From assembly GCA_965652925.1 (NCBI GenBank), contig CBFGXL010000004.1:358-64357 (forward strand): DNA of 64,000 nucleotides, read 5' to 3'. The translations under genes and the position numbers were made by a program. Source of the DNA: an uncultured bacterium. Lineage in GTDB: Bacteria; Patescibacteriota; Minisyncoccia; Phycocordibacterales; UBA918. The notes under the pieces are model-generated. The model worked only from the letters and a program-made list of their open reading frames with translations, searched no databases and was not told the DNA's origin. Below, piece by piece: positions 20,984 through 30,511 of this stretch; position 1 is the stretch's first letter; each line of letters begins with the position of its first letter.

Positions 20984-21547
20984 TTATGTGAGCGCCTTTC
21001 TGAGATCAGACTCAGTTATCTCTCCCTCGCGCAATATGGTGAACTCTTCATCAACAACTCGCACGATAGTTGAAGCCAATCCTTTGCGCGGACCATCATC
21101 GATCACTTTACTAATGAGATGCGCCCGAGAGCCAAATTGTTGCAGTATCTCACCAACTGTTGGGAGCGTGGGGGCGCCGCTTACGTTTGCGCTGGTACAA
21201 GTAAGCGGCGCATCATACTCATCCATGAACGATGTAATGAGTGTTTGAGCGTGTGGATCGCTTGATATGCGGAAGCCGATGGTGCGGTCCTTAGCAACAA
21301 ATTCGTCCGATATGTGAAGTTTTGCTTTCAAAACAAGCGTGAGCGACCCTGGCAGAAAATGCTCCGCGATGCGCACAGCATAGGGCGGTAGTTCAGCATA
21401 GCGGGCGATATCATCGAGACTACGGACGAGCCAGCTTGCTGCCTTGTTTCTGTCCCGCTCTTTGAGCGTGAAAAGCACATTAAGTTCCTGCGTATCTAAC
21501 GCATTCGCACCAAGCGCATACAGCGTTTCAGTGGGATAGAGAATCAT
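20984..21547 (-). CDS. tsaC: L-threonylcarbamoyladenylate synthase (YrdC/TsaC family)
   Basis: YrdC-domain N-terminus MILYPTETLYALGANALD. About 187 aa. Confidence 0.8.
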   Translation of the reverse strand: MILYPTETLYALGANALDTQELNVLFTLKERDRNKAASWLVRSLDDIARYAELPPYAVRIAEHFLPGSLTLVLKAKLHISDEFVAKDRTIGFRISSDPHAQTLITSFMDEYDAPLTCTSANVSGAPTLPTVGEILQQFGSRAHLISKVIDDGPRKGLASTIVRVVDEEFTILREGEITESDLRKALT

Positions 21548-21559
21548 CTGAGTACTGTA

Positions 21560-21626
21560 CTCCTCCCTCCCGCAATTTCAAGAAAAAGAAAATGCCAGCG
21601 TCCTTCCGAAGAAATACGCTGGCACG
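21560..21626 (-). terminator. Rho-independent terminator after the kinase-like/small-protein operon
   Basis: The gccagcg...cgctggc hairpin is followed by a T-rich run on the minus strand. Confidence 0.5.
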
Positions 21627-21848
21627 TCAGTAGCCGCTGAGGCGGCTGAAGAAATAGAACTTTTTGCCGTCGATGATCAGTGAGTACATGTAGGTGTACT
21701 CATGATGACGCTTATCGACGTCGCGCGTAAGCGAGACGTAGAGTTCGCCCATCCCTTCGATCCGACGGATCTCTCCATCGGTAAGCGGAAACGCAGTCAT
21801 CTGGTTCTTGATGAGCTGCTGCATAGGCTGAGTCGGGATCATGTTCAT
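21627..21848 (-). CDS. Small hypothetical protein (73 aa), translationally coupled to the upstream kinase-like gene
   Basis: Its start overlaps the kinase stop (ATGA), and a terminator hairpin follows it. No recognisable family. Confidence 0.4.
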   Translation of the reverse strand: MNMIPTQPMQQLIKNQMTAFPLTDGEIRRIEGMGELYVSLTRDVDKRHHEYTYMYSLIIDGKKFYFFSRLSGY

Positions 21849-22753
21849 ACGCCCCTGTTTGACGCTATTCGTGCTTTAAGTGCACGATTTACCTCACTAA
21901 TAGTACCATAATCATCGGAATATGTAAAGGTGTCTCCCGCCATCTCTTTCCGGTACGCAAATTCCTCGATTTCCGCCCGTCCTGAAAGTCCAAAATCAAT
22001 GATATAGCCTTGTTTATCGCCCTCTTGTAGCTCCATTTTTTGGGTGATCATAATATTTCCGAAGTGCATATCCCGGTGATAGAGATGATTCTCATGGAAC
22101 TGGTCAATGAGCGTGCACAGTTCTCTGCAAAATACATCGGGGTCAAGCCAAGGCGGCACAAATCCTTTGCTGTGGAGTATGTCATCGAGGCTCGCTGCAG
22201 GAAGCTTTTCCATCGCAATAAGCTTCTTGTCCCCAATCTCAAGACTATAGAATGGGATCGGCACGCCGATCTTGCTTTCACTTTGAGTAGCCACGTCGTA
22301 AAACTGTTCGTGCAATTCCGCTTCTTCTTGTATAGGGTTGCGACCTCGAGGCGTTTTTTCCGCCGTGGCAAATTTATAGCATATCTCAGGAGGGATGTTA
22401 CGTATTTCGTTCTTGAATATGACAACCACTGCATCACCCCCCTGCCCGATCTTCTGCTGATTCTGCCACACGGTCTCAACAGTGGACTGAAGACCCTCAG
22501 GACTGAGCTCGCTCATTTCTATGCCTTCTATAGTCTTCAGTCCCTTAAATGATGTACTCGCTTCAATACGCTTCCGTATGCGCTCTTGTACAAAGGCAAG
22601 TGCCTCCTTTGCTGATTCAGCATTTTCAATACGTTCCCGATTTGCGGAATTTTCAATAAGAAATTTGTTGGCAGGATCTTCAAGAAGTGTATCGAGCTTA
22701 TCCTGTGCCTGAGATTCGGTAAGTGCGGGGTTTCCGGGTAGTGCTTCTTTCAT
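21845..22753 (-). CDS. Protein kinase-like fold protein (atypical Ser/Thr kinase-like)
   Basis: Gly-rich loop IGQGGDAVVV, a candidate VAIK-type lysine (CYKFA), catalytic loop HRDMHFGNIMI, and DFG (IIDFGLS). Confidence 0.6.
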   Translation of the reverse strand: MKEALPGNPALTESQAQDKLDTLLEDPANKFLIENSANRERIENAESAKEALAFVQERIRKRIEASTSFKGLKTIEGIEMSELSPEGLQSTVETVWQNQQKIGQGGDAVVVIFKNEIRNIPPEICYKFATAEKTPRGRNPIQEEAELHEQFYDVATQSESKIGVPIPFYSLEIGDKKLIAMEKLPAASLDDILHSKGFVPPWLDPDVFCRELCTLIDQFHENHLYHRDMHFGNIMITQKMELQEGDKQGYIIDFGLSGRAEIEEFAYRKEMAGDTFTYSDDYGTISEVNRALKARIASNRGV

Positions 22754-22797
22754 GTATTTAACATCATCGATGGATATGCTACTATCCTATCACTTTT

Positions 22798-22870
22798 GCG
22801 CGGTTAGCTCAGCTGGTAGAGCATCACATTGACATTGTGGGGGTCACAGGTTCAAGTCCTGTATCGCGCA
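22798..22870 (+). tRNA. tRNA-Val (anticodon GAC)
   Basis: Manual cloverleaf: acceptor GCGCGGT/ATCGCGC, D-arm GCTCAGCTGGTAGAGC, anticodon loop TTGACAT, T-arm ACAGG TTCAAGT CCTGT. CCA not encoded. Confidence 0.85.
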
Positions 22871-22931
22871 CAAACGGGGCACCCTAATGGGTGCCTTTGC
22901 CGTTTGTGCGCGATACAGGACTTGAACGGCG
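22871..22931 (+). terminator. tRNA-Val trailer: hairpin terminator plus inverted copy of the tRNA 3' end
   Basis: Hairpin caaacggggcaccc taat gggtgcctttgccgtttg, then tgcgcgatacaggacttgaacgg. The latter is a perfect ~28-nt inverted repeat of the tRNA 3' end gttcaagtcctgtatcgcgca. Confidence 0.6.
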
Positions 22932-23074
22932 GAGCGATGTGAGTGAAGCGAACCAGCGAGCCGTGTCCCGCGGCACTTATGAACGGATGCGAATTAGTGA
23001 CCATCAGGACAAGTCCTAGAGAAGACTTATATGAATCAAGTCCATTCTTTTCTTTAAATGCTATACTTCCCCAC

Positions 23075-23929
23075 ATGGAAAACCTTAAGAAAATAGTGGT
23101 CATCTACCATGACCAATGCCGCGACGGTTTTGGCGCGGCATACGCAGCCTGGAAGAAGTTCGGTGATGACGCAAGCTACATCCCTCGCAAGACACAGGAC
23201 CCTGCCCCAGAAGGACTGCAAGACAAGGATATTTTCATTGTCGACTACAGCTACAAGAAACCTGTACTTGAGGATCTACAAAAGAACAACAGATCAGTTG
23301 TCGTCATTGATCACCATGAAACTGCAAAAGAAGCGGTACAGTCATTTAAAGAAAATGTCTTCGACATGGGACACTCTGGTGCAGTGCTTGCCTGGAAGTA
23401 TTTCCATCCAAAAACCGAAGTGCCAAAACTCCTCCTTTATATTGAGGACCATGATCTCTGGAAATTTGAAATGGAGTTCAACCGCGAATTCGGCGCAGCG
23501 CTTGGAGAGTACAACCAGGACTTTGAGACATGGGATCAGCTGAATAAAAATCTCGAAGACAGAGAACACTTCAACAAGTTCATATCGCACGGAGCAACCA
23601 TTGCCGGATTTGAAGATAAGCTGGTGCAAAAACTCGTTTCATTCAAGGAGAAAGTGCTTTTTGAAGGACATGAGATCTTCGCCGTGAACTGTTCCCGAAT
23701 ATATCGATCAATTGTTGCACACGAGCTTTCCAACCTCAACGGAAAAGAAGGCGGCCTAGAAATGGCGATCGTCTACTACCGGTACGATGGACAAGTACAC
23801 TGTTCACTTCGCAGCAATGGAGACGTCGACGTGCGGGCAATGGCAGAGAAATACGGCGGAGGAGGACACAAAAACGCTGCAAGCATTCGCGTTGCCTCAT
23901 TTGAGGAACTGCCATTCACTTTTCTTTAA
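23075..23929 (+). CDS. DHH/DHHA1 family phosphoesterase (NrnA-like)
   Basis: DHH motif region (HDQCRDGFGAAYA, DHHE) and C-terminal DHHA1 GGGH motif (GGGGHKNAASIRV). Start taken at MENLKK. Confidence 0.7.
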   Translation: MENLKKIVVIYHDQCRDGFGAAYAAWKKFGDDASYIPRKTQDPAPEGLQDKDIFIVDYSYKKPVLEDLQKNNRSVVVIDHHETAKEAVQSFKENVFDMGHSGAVLAWKYFHPKTEVPKLLLYIEDHDLWKFEMEFNREFGAALGEYNQDFETWDQLNKNLEDREHFNKFISHGATIAGFEDKLVQKLVSFKEKVLFEGHEIFAVNCSRIYRSIVAHELSNLNGKEGGLEMAIVYYRYDGQVHCSLRSNGDVDVRAMAEKYGGGGHKNAASIRVASFEELPFTFL

Positions 23930-23948
23930 AATGCGGTAAAGTGCTCTG

Positions 23949-25121
23949 ATGCGTATTTTGAGCATCGAAACCTCGTGTGACGAAACAGCCATAAGCATCG
24001 TTGAAGCAACGGGCGAATTTCCTGATGCGACCTATGAAATCCTCGGGAATGCACTTTATTCCCAAGTAGAGATACACCAAGAGTATGGTGGAGTCTTCCC
24101 TGCGCTCGCTAAACGTGAGCATATCAAGACAGTTCTGCCCATGTTGCAGAAAGCACTTGCGGAGGCAGAATTACTTCACCAAACGCAGCAGTCACTGGAG
24201 GAAACTACCAAAGAAAAGCTCGTGAAACTCCTGGAGCGTGAGGAAGGGCTTGCAACTGAACTCATCACATTCTTTGAGCAGTATGAGATACCGCAGATTG
24301 ATCTCATTGCGGTGACCTCAGGCCCTGGGCTTGAGCCAGCATTATGGGTTGGTGTGAACTTTGCAAAGGCACTCAGCGCAGTGCTTGAAGCGCCGGTTAT
24401 GCCGATCAACCATATGGAAGGACATATCCTCGCCTCTCTATTTGATGTGGTTGAGGACGATAAACTTGCACACGTGCAGTTTCCAGCAATCGCACTATTG
24501 ATCTCTGGAGGACACACAGAACTGGTGCTCATGAAAAACTGGGTCACCTACGAAAAAATAGGAGCAACTAAAGACGATGCGGTTGGTGAAGCGTTCGATA
24601 AGGTGGCACGGATGATGGGTCTTCCCTACCCAGGTGGGCCAGAGATAAGCATCAGAGCAAAAGAAGCGCGTGAGCGTATGCTTCCTCCGTATAAAGCGGA
24701 TCTGCCGCGCCCGATGCTCCATTCAAATGATCTCTCCTTCTCTTTCTCAGGACTAAAGACATCAGTGCGCTACGCTATTGAAGGCAAGAGTCTTACTGAA
24801 GACGAAGCAAAGGCGCTGTGCCGGGACTTTGAAGATGCAGTCACACAGGTATTACTTAAGAAGACACAAGATGCGCTGACACAGTACGGTGCACACACCC
24901 TCATCATCGGCGGCGGAGTAAGCGCCAATGAACACATCAGACGGACTTTCCAGATAGAACTTCTTTCTTCTCATCCTGATGTTGAGGTCTACATTCCGCA
25001 GCCGAAGCTTTCAACCGACAACAGCATCATGATCGCTCTCTCTGGACATGCACACAAAGAACACGCGAGCAGCGCCGGAGCGATCGCTCTGATTAAAGCT
25101 GATGGAAATAAGTCGCTCTAA
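23949..25121 (+). CDS. tsaD: tRNA N6-adenosine threonylcarbamoyltransferase
   Basis: MRILSIETSCDETAISIV N-terminus and HMEGH metal-binding motif, Kae1/TsaD family. Terminator at 25122-25150. Confidence 0.9.
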   Translation: MRILSIETSCDETAISIVEATGEFPDATYEILGNALYSQVEIHQEYGGVFPALAKREHIKTVLPMLQKALAEAELLHQTQQSLEETTKEKLVKLLEREEGLATELITFFEQYEIPQIDLIAVTSGPGLEPALWVGVNFAKALSAVLEAPVMPINHMEGHILASLFDVVEDDKLAHVQFPAIALLISGGHTELVLMKNWVTYEKIGATKDDAVGEAFDKVARMMGLPYPGGPEISIRAKEARERMLPPYKADLPRPMLHSNDLSFSFSGLKTSVRYAIEGKSLTEDEAKALCRDFEDAVTQVLLKKTQDALTQYGAHTLIIGGGVSANEHIRRTFQIELLSSHPDVEVYIPQPKLSTDNSIMIALSGHAHKEHASSAGAIALIKADGNKSL

Positions 25122-25164
25122 AGCCCTTCAATAAGGGCTTTTTTCGTGCTACTATCGCCCTTAT

Positions 25165-27327
25165 ATGAGCGAAGAAAAAAGCACTATTCCTGAGGTTTTT
25201 CTTAAGCCTTACGAACCAACTGACCACGAAAGACGCATCTACGCGCTCTGGGAGGAATCAGGTTATTTCAATCCTGATAACCTGCCTGGAGATCGCACTA
25301 CCCCGTTTTCTATCGTGATGCCCCCGCCAAACGCTAATGGCTCACTTCATGCAGGCCACGCCCTCTTTGTGACCATCCAAGACATCATGATGCGTTTTAA
25401 GCGCATGCAAGGGTATAAAGCGCTCTGGCTTCCCGGAGCCGACCACGCGGGCTTTGAGACACAGGTAGTATACGAAAAGAAGCTTGAGAAAGAGGGTCGT
25501 TCACGTTTTTCTATGGATCCGCAGGATCTCTACAAGGAGATCATGGATTTTACACTCTCCAACAAATCGTTCATGGAGAATCAAATACGTGAGCTTGGCG
25601 CTTCGTGCGACTGGAGCCGTGAACTCTTCACACTTGATGATTCAGTCATCAAGATCGTGTACGACACCTTCAAGAAACTCGATGAGGATGGCCTCCTTTA
25701 CCGTGGGGCTCGGAGCGTAAACTGGTGCCCAAAGCACCAGACCTCTCTCTCGAACCTTGAGACGGTGCACAACGAACGCACTGACAAGTTCTACTACTTC
25801 CAATACGGACCATTTGTGATCGGTACTGCGCGTCCTGAAACAAAATTCGGCGACAAGTATGTTGTCATGCATCCAGATGATGCTCGATATAAAGACTTTG
25901 CTCACGGGCAAAAGATTGAGCTTGAGTGGATTAATGGCCCTATTACCGCAACGGTCATCAAGGATGAAGCAGGCGATCCTGAGATGGGTACTGGTGTGAT
26001 GACCATTACCCCGTGGCATTCAGGCATTGACTTTGAGATCGCAAAACGTCACAACCTCGACTACGAGCAGATCATCGATTGGCGCGGGAAGCTCCTCCCT
26101 ATTGCGGGAGAATTTGCTGGCATGAGCATCACTGAAGCTCGGGAGAAGATCGTTGAGAAACTGAAGGAGAAAGGGCTTTTGGTGAAGATCGATGAGAACT
26201 ACAGCCATGCTGTCCCTTGCTGTTACAAATGCGAGCGGGAGATCGAGCCGCAGATCAGGGAGCAGTGGTTCGTAAGAATGGAACCGCTAGCACAGAAAGC
26301 GCTCGAAGCTGCTGATCGGAAGGAAGTTACATTCGTTACCGACCGTGACGAACGCGTCTTCCGCGACTGGATGGAAAAGATCGAAGATTGGAATATCTCC
26401 CGCCAGATCGTCTGGGGAATCAAGATCCCCGCAAAGATCTGTACTGCATGCGATCATGGCATGGTAGATCTCGACGATACGGTGACTGTATGCACCAAGT
26501 GCGGAGGTGAGGTCGTGCCTGACCCTGACACGTTTGATACCTGGTTCTCAAGCGGACAGTGGCCGCTTGCGACCACCCGCTTCCCAGAGAGCGACGATTT
26601 CAAAACTTACTACCCTACGTCTGTGATGGAAACAGGAAAAGATATCCTCTTCTTCTGGGTATCCCGCATGATCATGTTGGGGATCTACCGCACAGGTAAG
26701 GTGCCGTTTAAGAAGGTGTACCTGCACGGCATGGTGCGCGACAAACATGGCAAAAAGATGAGTAAGTCGAAGGGCAATGTGATCGCACCGAGCGAGATAC
26801 AGGAGAAGTACGGCACTGATGCGCTCCGCATGGGACTGGTTGTCAACAACGCTCCAGGCACCGACATGAACCTCGACCCAGACAAGGTCAATGCGTACAA
26901 GAAATTTGGCAACAAGCTCTGGAACATCACACGTTTCGTCCTCGATGCCACAAGTGATTTTACTCATGATCGCAATACAGAATTGTCTGAAACAGAAATC
27001 CAAATCAGAAACCGTCTCAATGAAGTTGTTGGGGAGATAACTGAGTATATGAATAAGGATCGGTTCGATCTTGCAAGTGAAAAGATATATCAGTACGTCT
27101 GGACAGAACTTGCTGACAAGATACTCGAAGAATCAAAACCACTACTTTCTGGCGAGGACCAGAATGCAAGAAAGGCACGTCAATATGTTCTTTCTGAGTG
27201 TCTTACCACATCACTAAAGATGCTTCACCCATATATGCCGTTCATCACAGAGACCATCTGGCAGCAACTTCCAAAAGACATGAAGGATAGTGAACTGCTC
27301 ATGGTGGCAACCTGGCCAAAGCTCTAA
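25165..27327 (+). CDS. valS: Valyl-tRNA synthetase (short form lacking C-terminal coiled coil)
   Basis: HIGH motif (PPPNANGSLHAGHAL), KMSKS (KMSKSKGN), and the ValRS-type editing-domain motif VNWCPKHQTSLSNLET. 720 aa. Strong terminator at 27337-27380. Confidence 0.85.
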   Translation: MSEEKSTIPEVFLKPYEPTDHERRIYALWEESGYFNPDNLPGDRTTPFSIVMPPPNANGSLHAGHALFVTIQDIMMRFKRMQGYKALWLPGADHAGFETQVVYEKKLEKEGRSRFSMDPQDLYKEIMDFTLSNKSFMENQIRELGASCDWSRELFTLDDSVIKIVYDTFKKLDEDGLLYRGARSVNWCPKHQTSLSNLETVHNERTDKFYYFQYGPFVIGTARPETKFGDKYVVMHPDDARYKDFAHGQKIELEWINGPITATVIKDEAGDPEMGTGVMTITPWHSGIDFEIAKRHNLDYEQIIDWRGKLLPIAGEFAGMSITEAREKIVEKLKEKGLLVKIDENYSHAVPCCYKCEREIEPQIREQWFVRMEPLAQKALEAADRKEVTFVTDRDERVFRDWMEKIEDWNISRQIVWGIKIPAKICTACDHGMVDLDDTVTVCTKCGGEVVPDPDTFDTWFSSGQWPLATTRFPESDDFKTYYPTSVMETGKDILFFWVSRMIMLGIYRTGKVPFKKVYLHGMVRDKHGKKMSKSKGNVIAPSEIQEKYGTDALRMGLVVNNAPGTDMNLDPDKVNAYKKFGNKLWNITRFVLDATSDFTHDRNTELSETEIQIRNRLNEVVGEITEYMNKDRFDLASEKIYQYVWTELADKILEESKPLLSGEDQNARKARQYVLSECLTTSLKMLHPYMPFITETIWQQLPKDMKDSELLMVATWPKL

Positions 27328-27390
27328 AAACAACCCACAGCAAGACGGTGCGGACAAAAGTCCGCACCGTCTTGCTGTTACAATAGAAGT

Positions 27391-28095
27391 ATGGAGTCGA
27401 CAAATTTCGCCATCGCATTTTTAGGCGGCTTAATACCCGCTCTTTTCTGGCTCTGGTTCTGGCTGCGCGAAGACAAGGAACGGCCTGAACCATACTTGTT
27501 GGTTGCAATCGCGTTCATCGGCGGCATGATGGTCGTGCCTTTGGCACTACCGCTTCAAAAACTTGCCCTCGACACCTATACAGGCGACAATCTCATCTTC
27601 GTTTGGGTCATTATCGAAGAAGTACTTAAGTATGCCGCCGCACTTTTGATGATCCTTTGGAACAAGGCAGTTGATGAGCCTATTGATGTCATCATCTACA
27701 TGATCACTATTGCGCTTGGATTCGCGGCGCTTGAGAACGCTCTGTTCATCTTTAATCCCCTTACTACTGGGGATTTTGCAGGTTCGGCACTCACCGGATT
27801 CTTCCGATTTGTAGGTGCAACACTGCTCCACGTACTCGCGTCGGGAACTGTTGGCGCATTTTTGGCTCTTGCCTTCTTCAAAAGCAGCGCGGCTAAACTT
27901 GCTCTGGGTTCTCTTGGGTTGTTCATCGGCATTGTATTGCATGCCCTATTCAACTTTTTTATAATGGATGCAAGCGGAGAAACCATTTTAGGCGTGTTTC
28001 TCTTCGTATGGATGGGCATTATCGTCCTCTTCCTCATCTTTGAGAAAGTGAAGATCCTTGAAGCGCGGCATAATGCGCAACAAATCATTAAATAA
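27391..28095 (+). CDS. PrsW-family intramembrane metalloprotease
   Basis: Polytopic membrane protein with an IIEEVLKYAAA (EExxK) motif and downstream His-containing helix typical of PrsW/YpdC. Confidence 0.6.
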   Translation: MESTNFAIAFLGGLIPALFWLWFWLREDKERPEPYLLVAIAFIGGMMVVPLALPLQKLALDTYTGDNLIFVWVIIEEVLKYAAALLMILWNKAVDEPIDVIIYMITIALGFAALENALFIFNPLTTGDFAGSALTGFFRFVGATLLHVLASGTVGAFLALAFFKSSAAKLALGSLGLFIGIVLHALFNFFIMDASGETILGVFLFVWMGIIVLFLIFEKVKILEARHNAQQIIK

Positions 28096-28096
28096 C

Positions 28097-28600
28097 ATGA
28101 AAAAACCATCATTTTTAGAGCGACTCACCGGTTCAGTCAAAACCGACAAATACGATGACGTCCTTGATGATGATCATGAGTTCGGTTCTGAAGAGACCCC
28201 ATCCCAATACGAAGAGGAATCTGATTGGCATGGACAGGAAGGACCTGATGATGAGGAGCAAGACGGCGAATTGCCAGTAGATATGTATCAGACAGGTGAT
28301 GCTATTGTCATACGCGCACTCGTTGCCGGAGTTTCTCCTGACGACCTTGATATTGCAATAACACGCGATATGGTCACCATCAAAGGATCACGTGAAGAAT
28401 ATAAAGAAGCAGCAAATGATGACTACTACCATCGTGAACTGTTCTGGGGCTCATTTTCACGAACCCTCCTTCTTCCTGAGGAAGTTGTCATAGACGAGGC
28501 GGAAGCACAGGAAAAACACGGACTCCTTGAGATACGATTGCCAAAGGTTGATAAAGGGCGAAGTACACGATTGAAGGTAAAGCCGCATGCTCCTAAATAA
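28097..28600 (+). CDS. Hsp20/alpha-crystallin family small heat-shock protein
   Basis: Alpha-crystallin domain (DMYQTGDAIVIRALVAGVSPDDLDIAIT...LLEIRLPK). Starts 2 nt after the PrsW stop. Bidirectional terminator at 28601-28636. Confidence 0.8.
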   Translation: MKKPSFLERLTGSVKTDKYDDVLDDDHEFGSEETPSQYEEESDWHGQEGPDDEEQDGELPVDMYQTGDAIVIRALVAGVSPDDLDIAITRDMVTIKGSREEYKEAANDDYYHRELFWGSFSRTLLLPEEVVIDEAEAQEKHGLLEIRLPKVDKGRSTRLKVKPHAPK

Positions 28601-28630
28601 AAGAAAGGCCGCCTCTGTGTGGCCTTTCTT

Positions 28631-29221
28631 TTATTTGTTTCTGTTTACCCACCAACTATCTTGCTTCTCTTTGAACCACCAGCGGTCTGAGTCAATGGTA
28701 AGCATGACCTCTGCGATCTTCTTTGCTTCTTCAGTCTTCAAGCGCTGTGCTGCAGGTTCGATCCACGTTTTTGCACGCTCGTTGCCTATATCGTACTGTT
28801 CTTTCAAGCAGAAGATGAATTCAAGATTATCTGCATCTTTTACCAAAGTTGATTCAACCGATTCTCGTTCTTCATACTCATCGATAAGCGCCTTCATGTC
28901 ATCTCCAAAAGGAAGCGGTGCAACAACATCCGCATGCGCTTTTTCTTCCAGACGCTCTGTATACTTTTGATGTACGTAGTTGAGGTCAGAGATACGGGAT
29001 TCTGAGATGTCGTGGAAAAGACATAATTGTACAACTTTCCCCACATCGACTCCGCCATGCATCTTGGCCAGACAGTAACCTATGTAGCAGACACGGTTTA
29101 TATGTTCAGCAACGCTCTGTTCGCCGGAGCCCAAAAAGAAAAAACCGCTTCGTGGCGTTTTTGAAAGCATGCCTACCTCATAGAGAAAATCTGCAACACT
29201 CTCAATGTCATCTTTGTTCAT
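28631..29221 (-). CDS. HD-domain phosphohydrolase (YfbR-like)
   Basis: HD motif region (EHINRVCYIGYCL...LFHDISESRISD). Confidence 0.7.
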   Translation of the reverse strand: MNKDDIESVADFLYEVGMLSKTPRSGFFFLGSGEQSVAEHINRVCYIGYCLAKMHGGVDVGKVVQLCLFHDISESRISDLNYVHQKYTERLEEKAHADVVAPLPFGDDMKALIDEYEERESVESTLVKDADNLEFIFCLKEQYDIGNERAKTWIEPAAQRLKTEEAKKIAEVMLTIDSDRWWFKEKQDSWWVNRNK

Positions 29222-29260
29222 GAGAAGTAGGATAGCACAAACTATTGCCGAGGTCAGGTT

Positions 29261-29400
29261 CGGTCACAAGTTACTAAATCAAGACCAGGCTCGTCCTGAC
29301 GGTCTTTACTTATGGTCACGAATCACTAAGTATATTTGTTCGCATTCGCTCCAAATCTACTAAGTCAGGCTCGTCCTGACGGTCTCTAAGCTCGCAAGCT
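29261..29400. repeat. tRNA-associated intergenic repeat, copies D' and D (tandem, with degenerate tRNA-Phe T-arm copies)
   Basis: GGTCACAAGTTACTAA... at 29261 and GGTCACGAATCACTAAG... at 29313. Each is followed by CAGGCTCGTCCTGACGGTCT, which is similar to the tRNA-Phe 3' end GTCAGGCTCGAACTGACGACC. Confidence 0.75.
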
Positions 29401-29491
29401 CGCTAAGAGCCGCGGGACACGCCTCACTCGCCTAGCGGCATCGTTCCGGCGTTCGAGCCTGACCTCACTGTGCGCAGGCACAGTGCTCTCT

Positions 29492-29537
29492 GAGCACAAA
29501 TGAAAACAGCCCCTCGGGGCTGTTTTCATTTGTGCTC
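29492..29537 (-). terminator. tRNA-Phe trailer hairpin (22-bp stem) incorporating the tRNA 3' acceptor nucleotides
   Basis: Perfect palindrome gagcacaaatgaaaacagcccc-tcg-gggctgttttcatttgtgctc. It overlaps the 3' end of tRNA-Phe. Confidence 0.6.
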
Positions 29538-29605
29538 AGAGTCAGGCTCGAACTGACGACCCTTCCCTCTTCAGGGGAATGCTCTACCAACTGAGCTATC
29601 TGAGC
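29531..29605 (-). tRNA. tRNA-Phe (anticodon GAA)
   Basis: Manual fold: acceptor GCTCAGA/TCTGAGC, D-arm GCTCAGTTGGTAGAGC, anticodon stem-loop TTCCC CTGAAGA GGGAA, T-arm GTCAG TTCGAGC CTGAC. Confidence 0.85.
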
Positions 29606-29662
29606 GGCGTACTGTTTTTCAACAGTCGTGCCATTGTACCGGTTTTTAAGGTTTTTTCAATC

Positions 29663-29971
29663 CTATTCTTTCCCCGCTTTTATGGCTTCAACAGTCTCCG
29701 TAAATTGCTTCCACCCAGGGATTTCCTGCATGCCGGCGCTGAACGTCTCATACGAAGAACCCATGGCAGTGAAGTACGGTTCGAGGACATAAAAGTATAG
29801 TGCGAACGGCAATCCAATGAGCAAAATGTACCATGCTACACGCGTCCAAAACTCTATGAGTCCGTTTCGATGAATCTTATGCAAAAGTCTGTTGTTTTCC
29901 TTAAGGATTGCGGTGTTTTCCAAGATCAGCCGTTTAAGCTCCGCGTGATCGTTTTCATGTTCCATGCGCAT
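29663..29971 (-). CDS. Hypothetical small membrane protein
   Basis: 102-aa ORF with one or two TM helices, between tRNA-Phe and tRNA-Arg. No family recognised. Confidence 0.35.
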   Translation of the reverse strand: MRMEHENDHAELKRLILENTAILKENNRLLHKIHRNGLIEFWTRVAWYILLIGLPFALYFYVLEPYFTAMGSSYETFSAGMQEIPGWKQFTETVEAIKAGKE

Positions 29972-30032
29972 TATTATAGCAGAGCACTCTGAATGCTTAT
30001 CTCTTATTCTGTGGTAGAGTATCCCTGCTTAT

Positions 30033-30104
30033 GCCTTCATAGCTCAATGGATAGAGCAGTCCCGTCCTAAGGGAAAGATGTAGGTTCGATTCCTGCTGAG
30101 GGCA
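30033..30104 (+). tRNA. tRNA-Arg (anticodon CCT)
   Basis: Manual fold: acceptor GCCTTCA/TGAGGGC, D-arm GCTCAATGGATAGAGC, anticodon loop GTCCTAA, T-arm GTAGG TTCGATT CCTGC. Terminator hairpin at 30112-30150. Confidence 0.8.
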
Positions 30105-30235
30105 CCCGTATAAAAAGGACCAGTTTCACACTGGTCTTTTTTATATGGGCTTAAGGAATCGAAGAGGCTGACTAGTCTCTTACAAATGAAAATGACCCTT
30201 AGGTGGGTCATTTTCAATGCCAAACAATGTCTTGC

Positions 30236-30472
30236 TTATACAGCAAGCAGCTCTCTAACTTTATCTTCGTCAAATCCCACCACCACATCATTATCGATGC
30301 GGATGACGGGCACACCCATTTGTCCGGTCATTTCGATCATTTCCTGACGTTTCACCTGATCAGAAGCAACATCGAATTCAGTATATGCAACATTGTGCTC
30401 CTTAAAGAACTCCTTCGCAGCCTGACAAAAATGGCACACGGGAGTGCTGTAAATTGTTACTGTTTTTTCCAT
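30236..30472 (-). CDS. Glutaredoxin/NrdH-like thiol-disulfide protein
   Basis: TIYSTPVCHFCQAAKEFF has a CxxC active site in a thioredoxin-fold context. About 78 aa from MEKTVTIY. Confidence 0.75.
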   Translation of the reverse strand: MEKTVTIYSTPVCHFCQAAKEFFKEHNVAYTEFDVASDQVKRQEMIEMTGQMGVPVIRIDNDVVVGFDEDKVRELLAV

Positions 30473-30511
30473 AGGTATGTAGTATATCACACGTGCTATG
30501 TCCACACCTAA

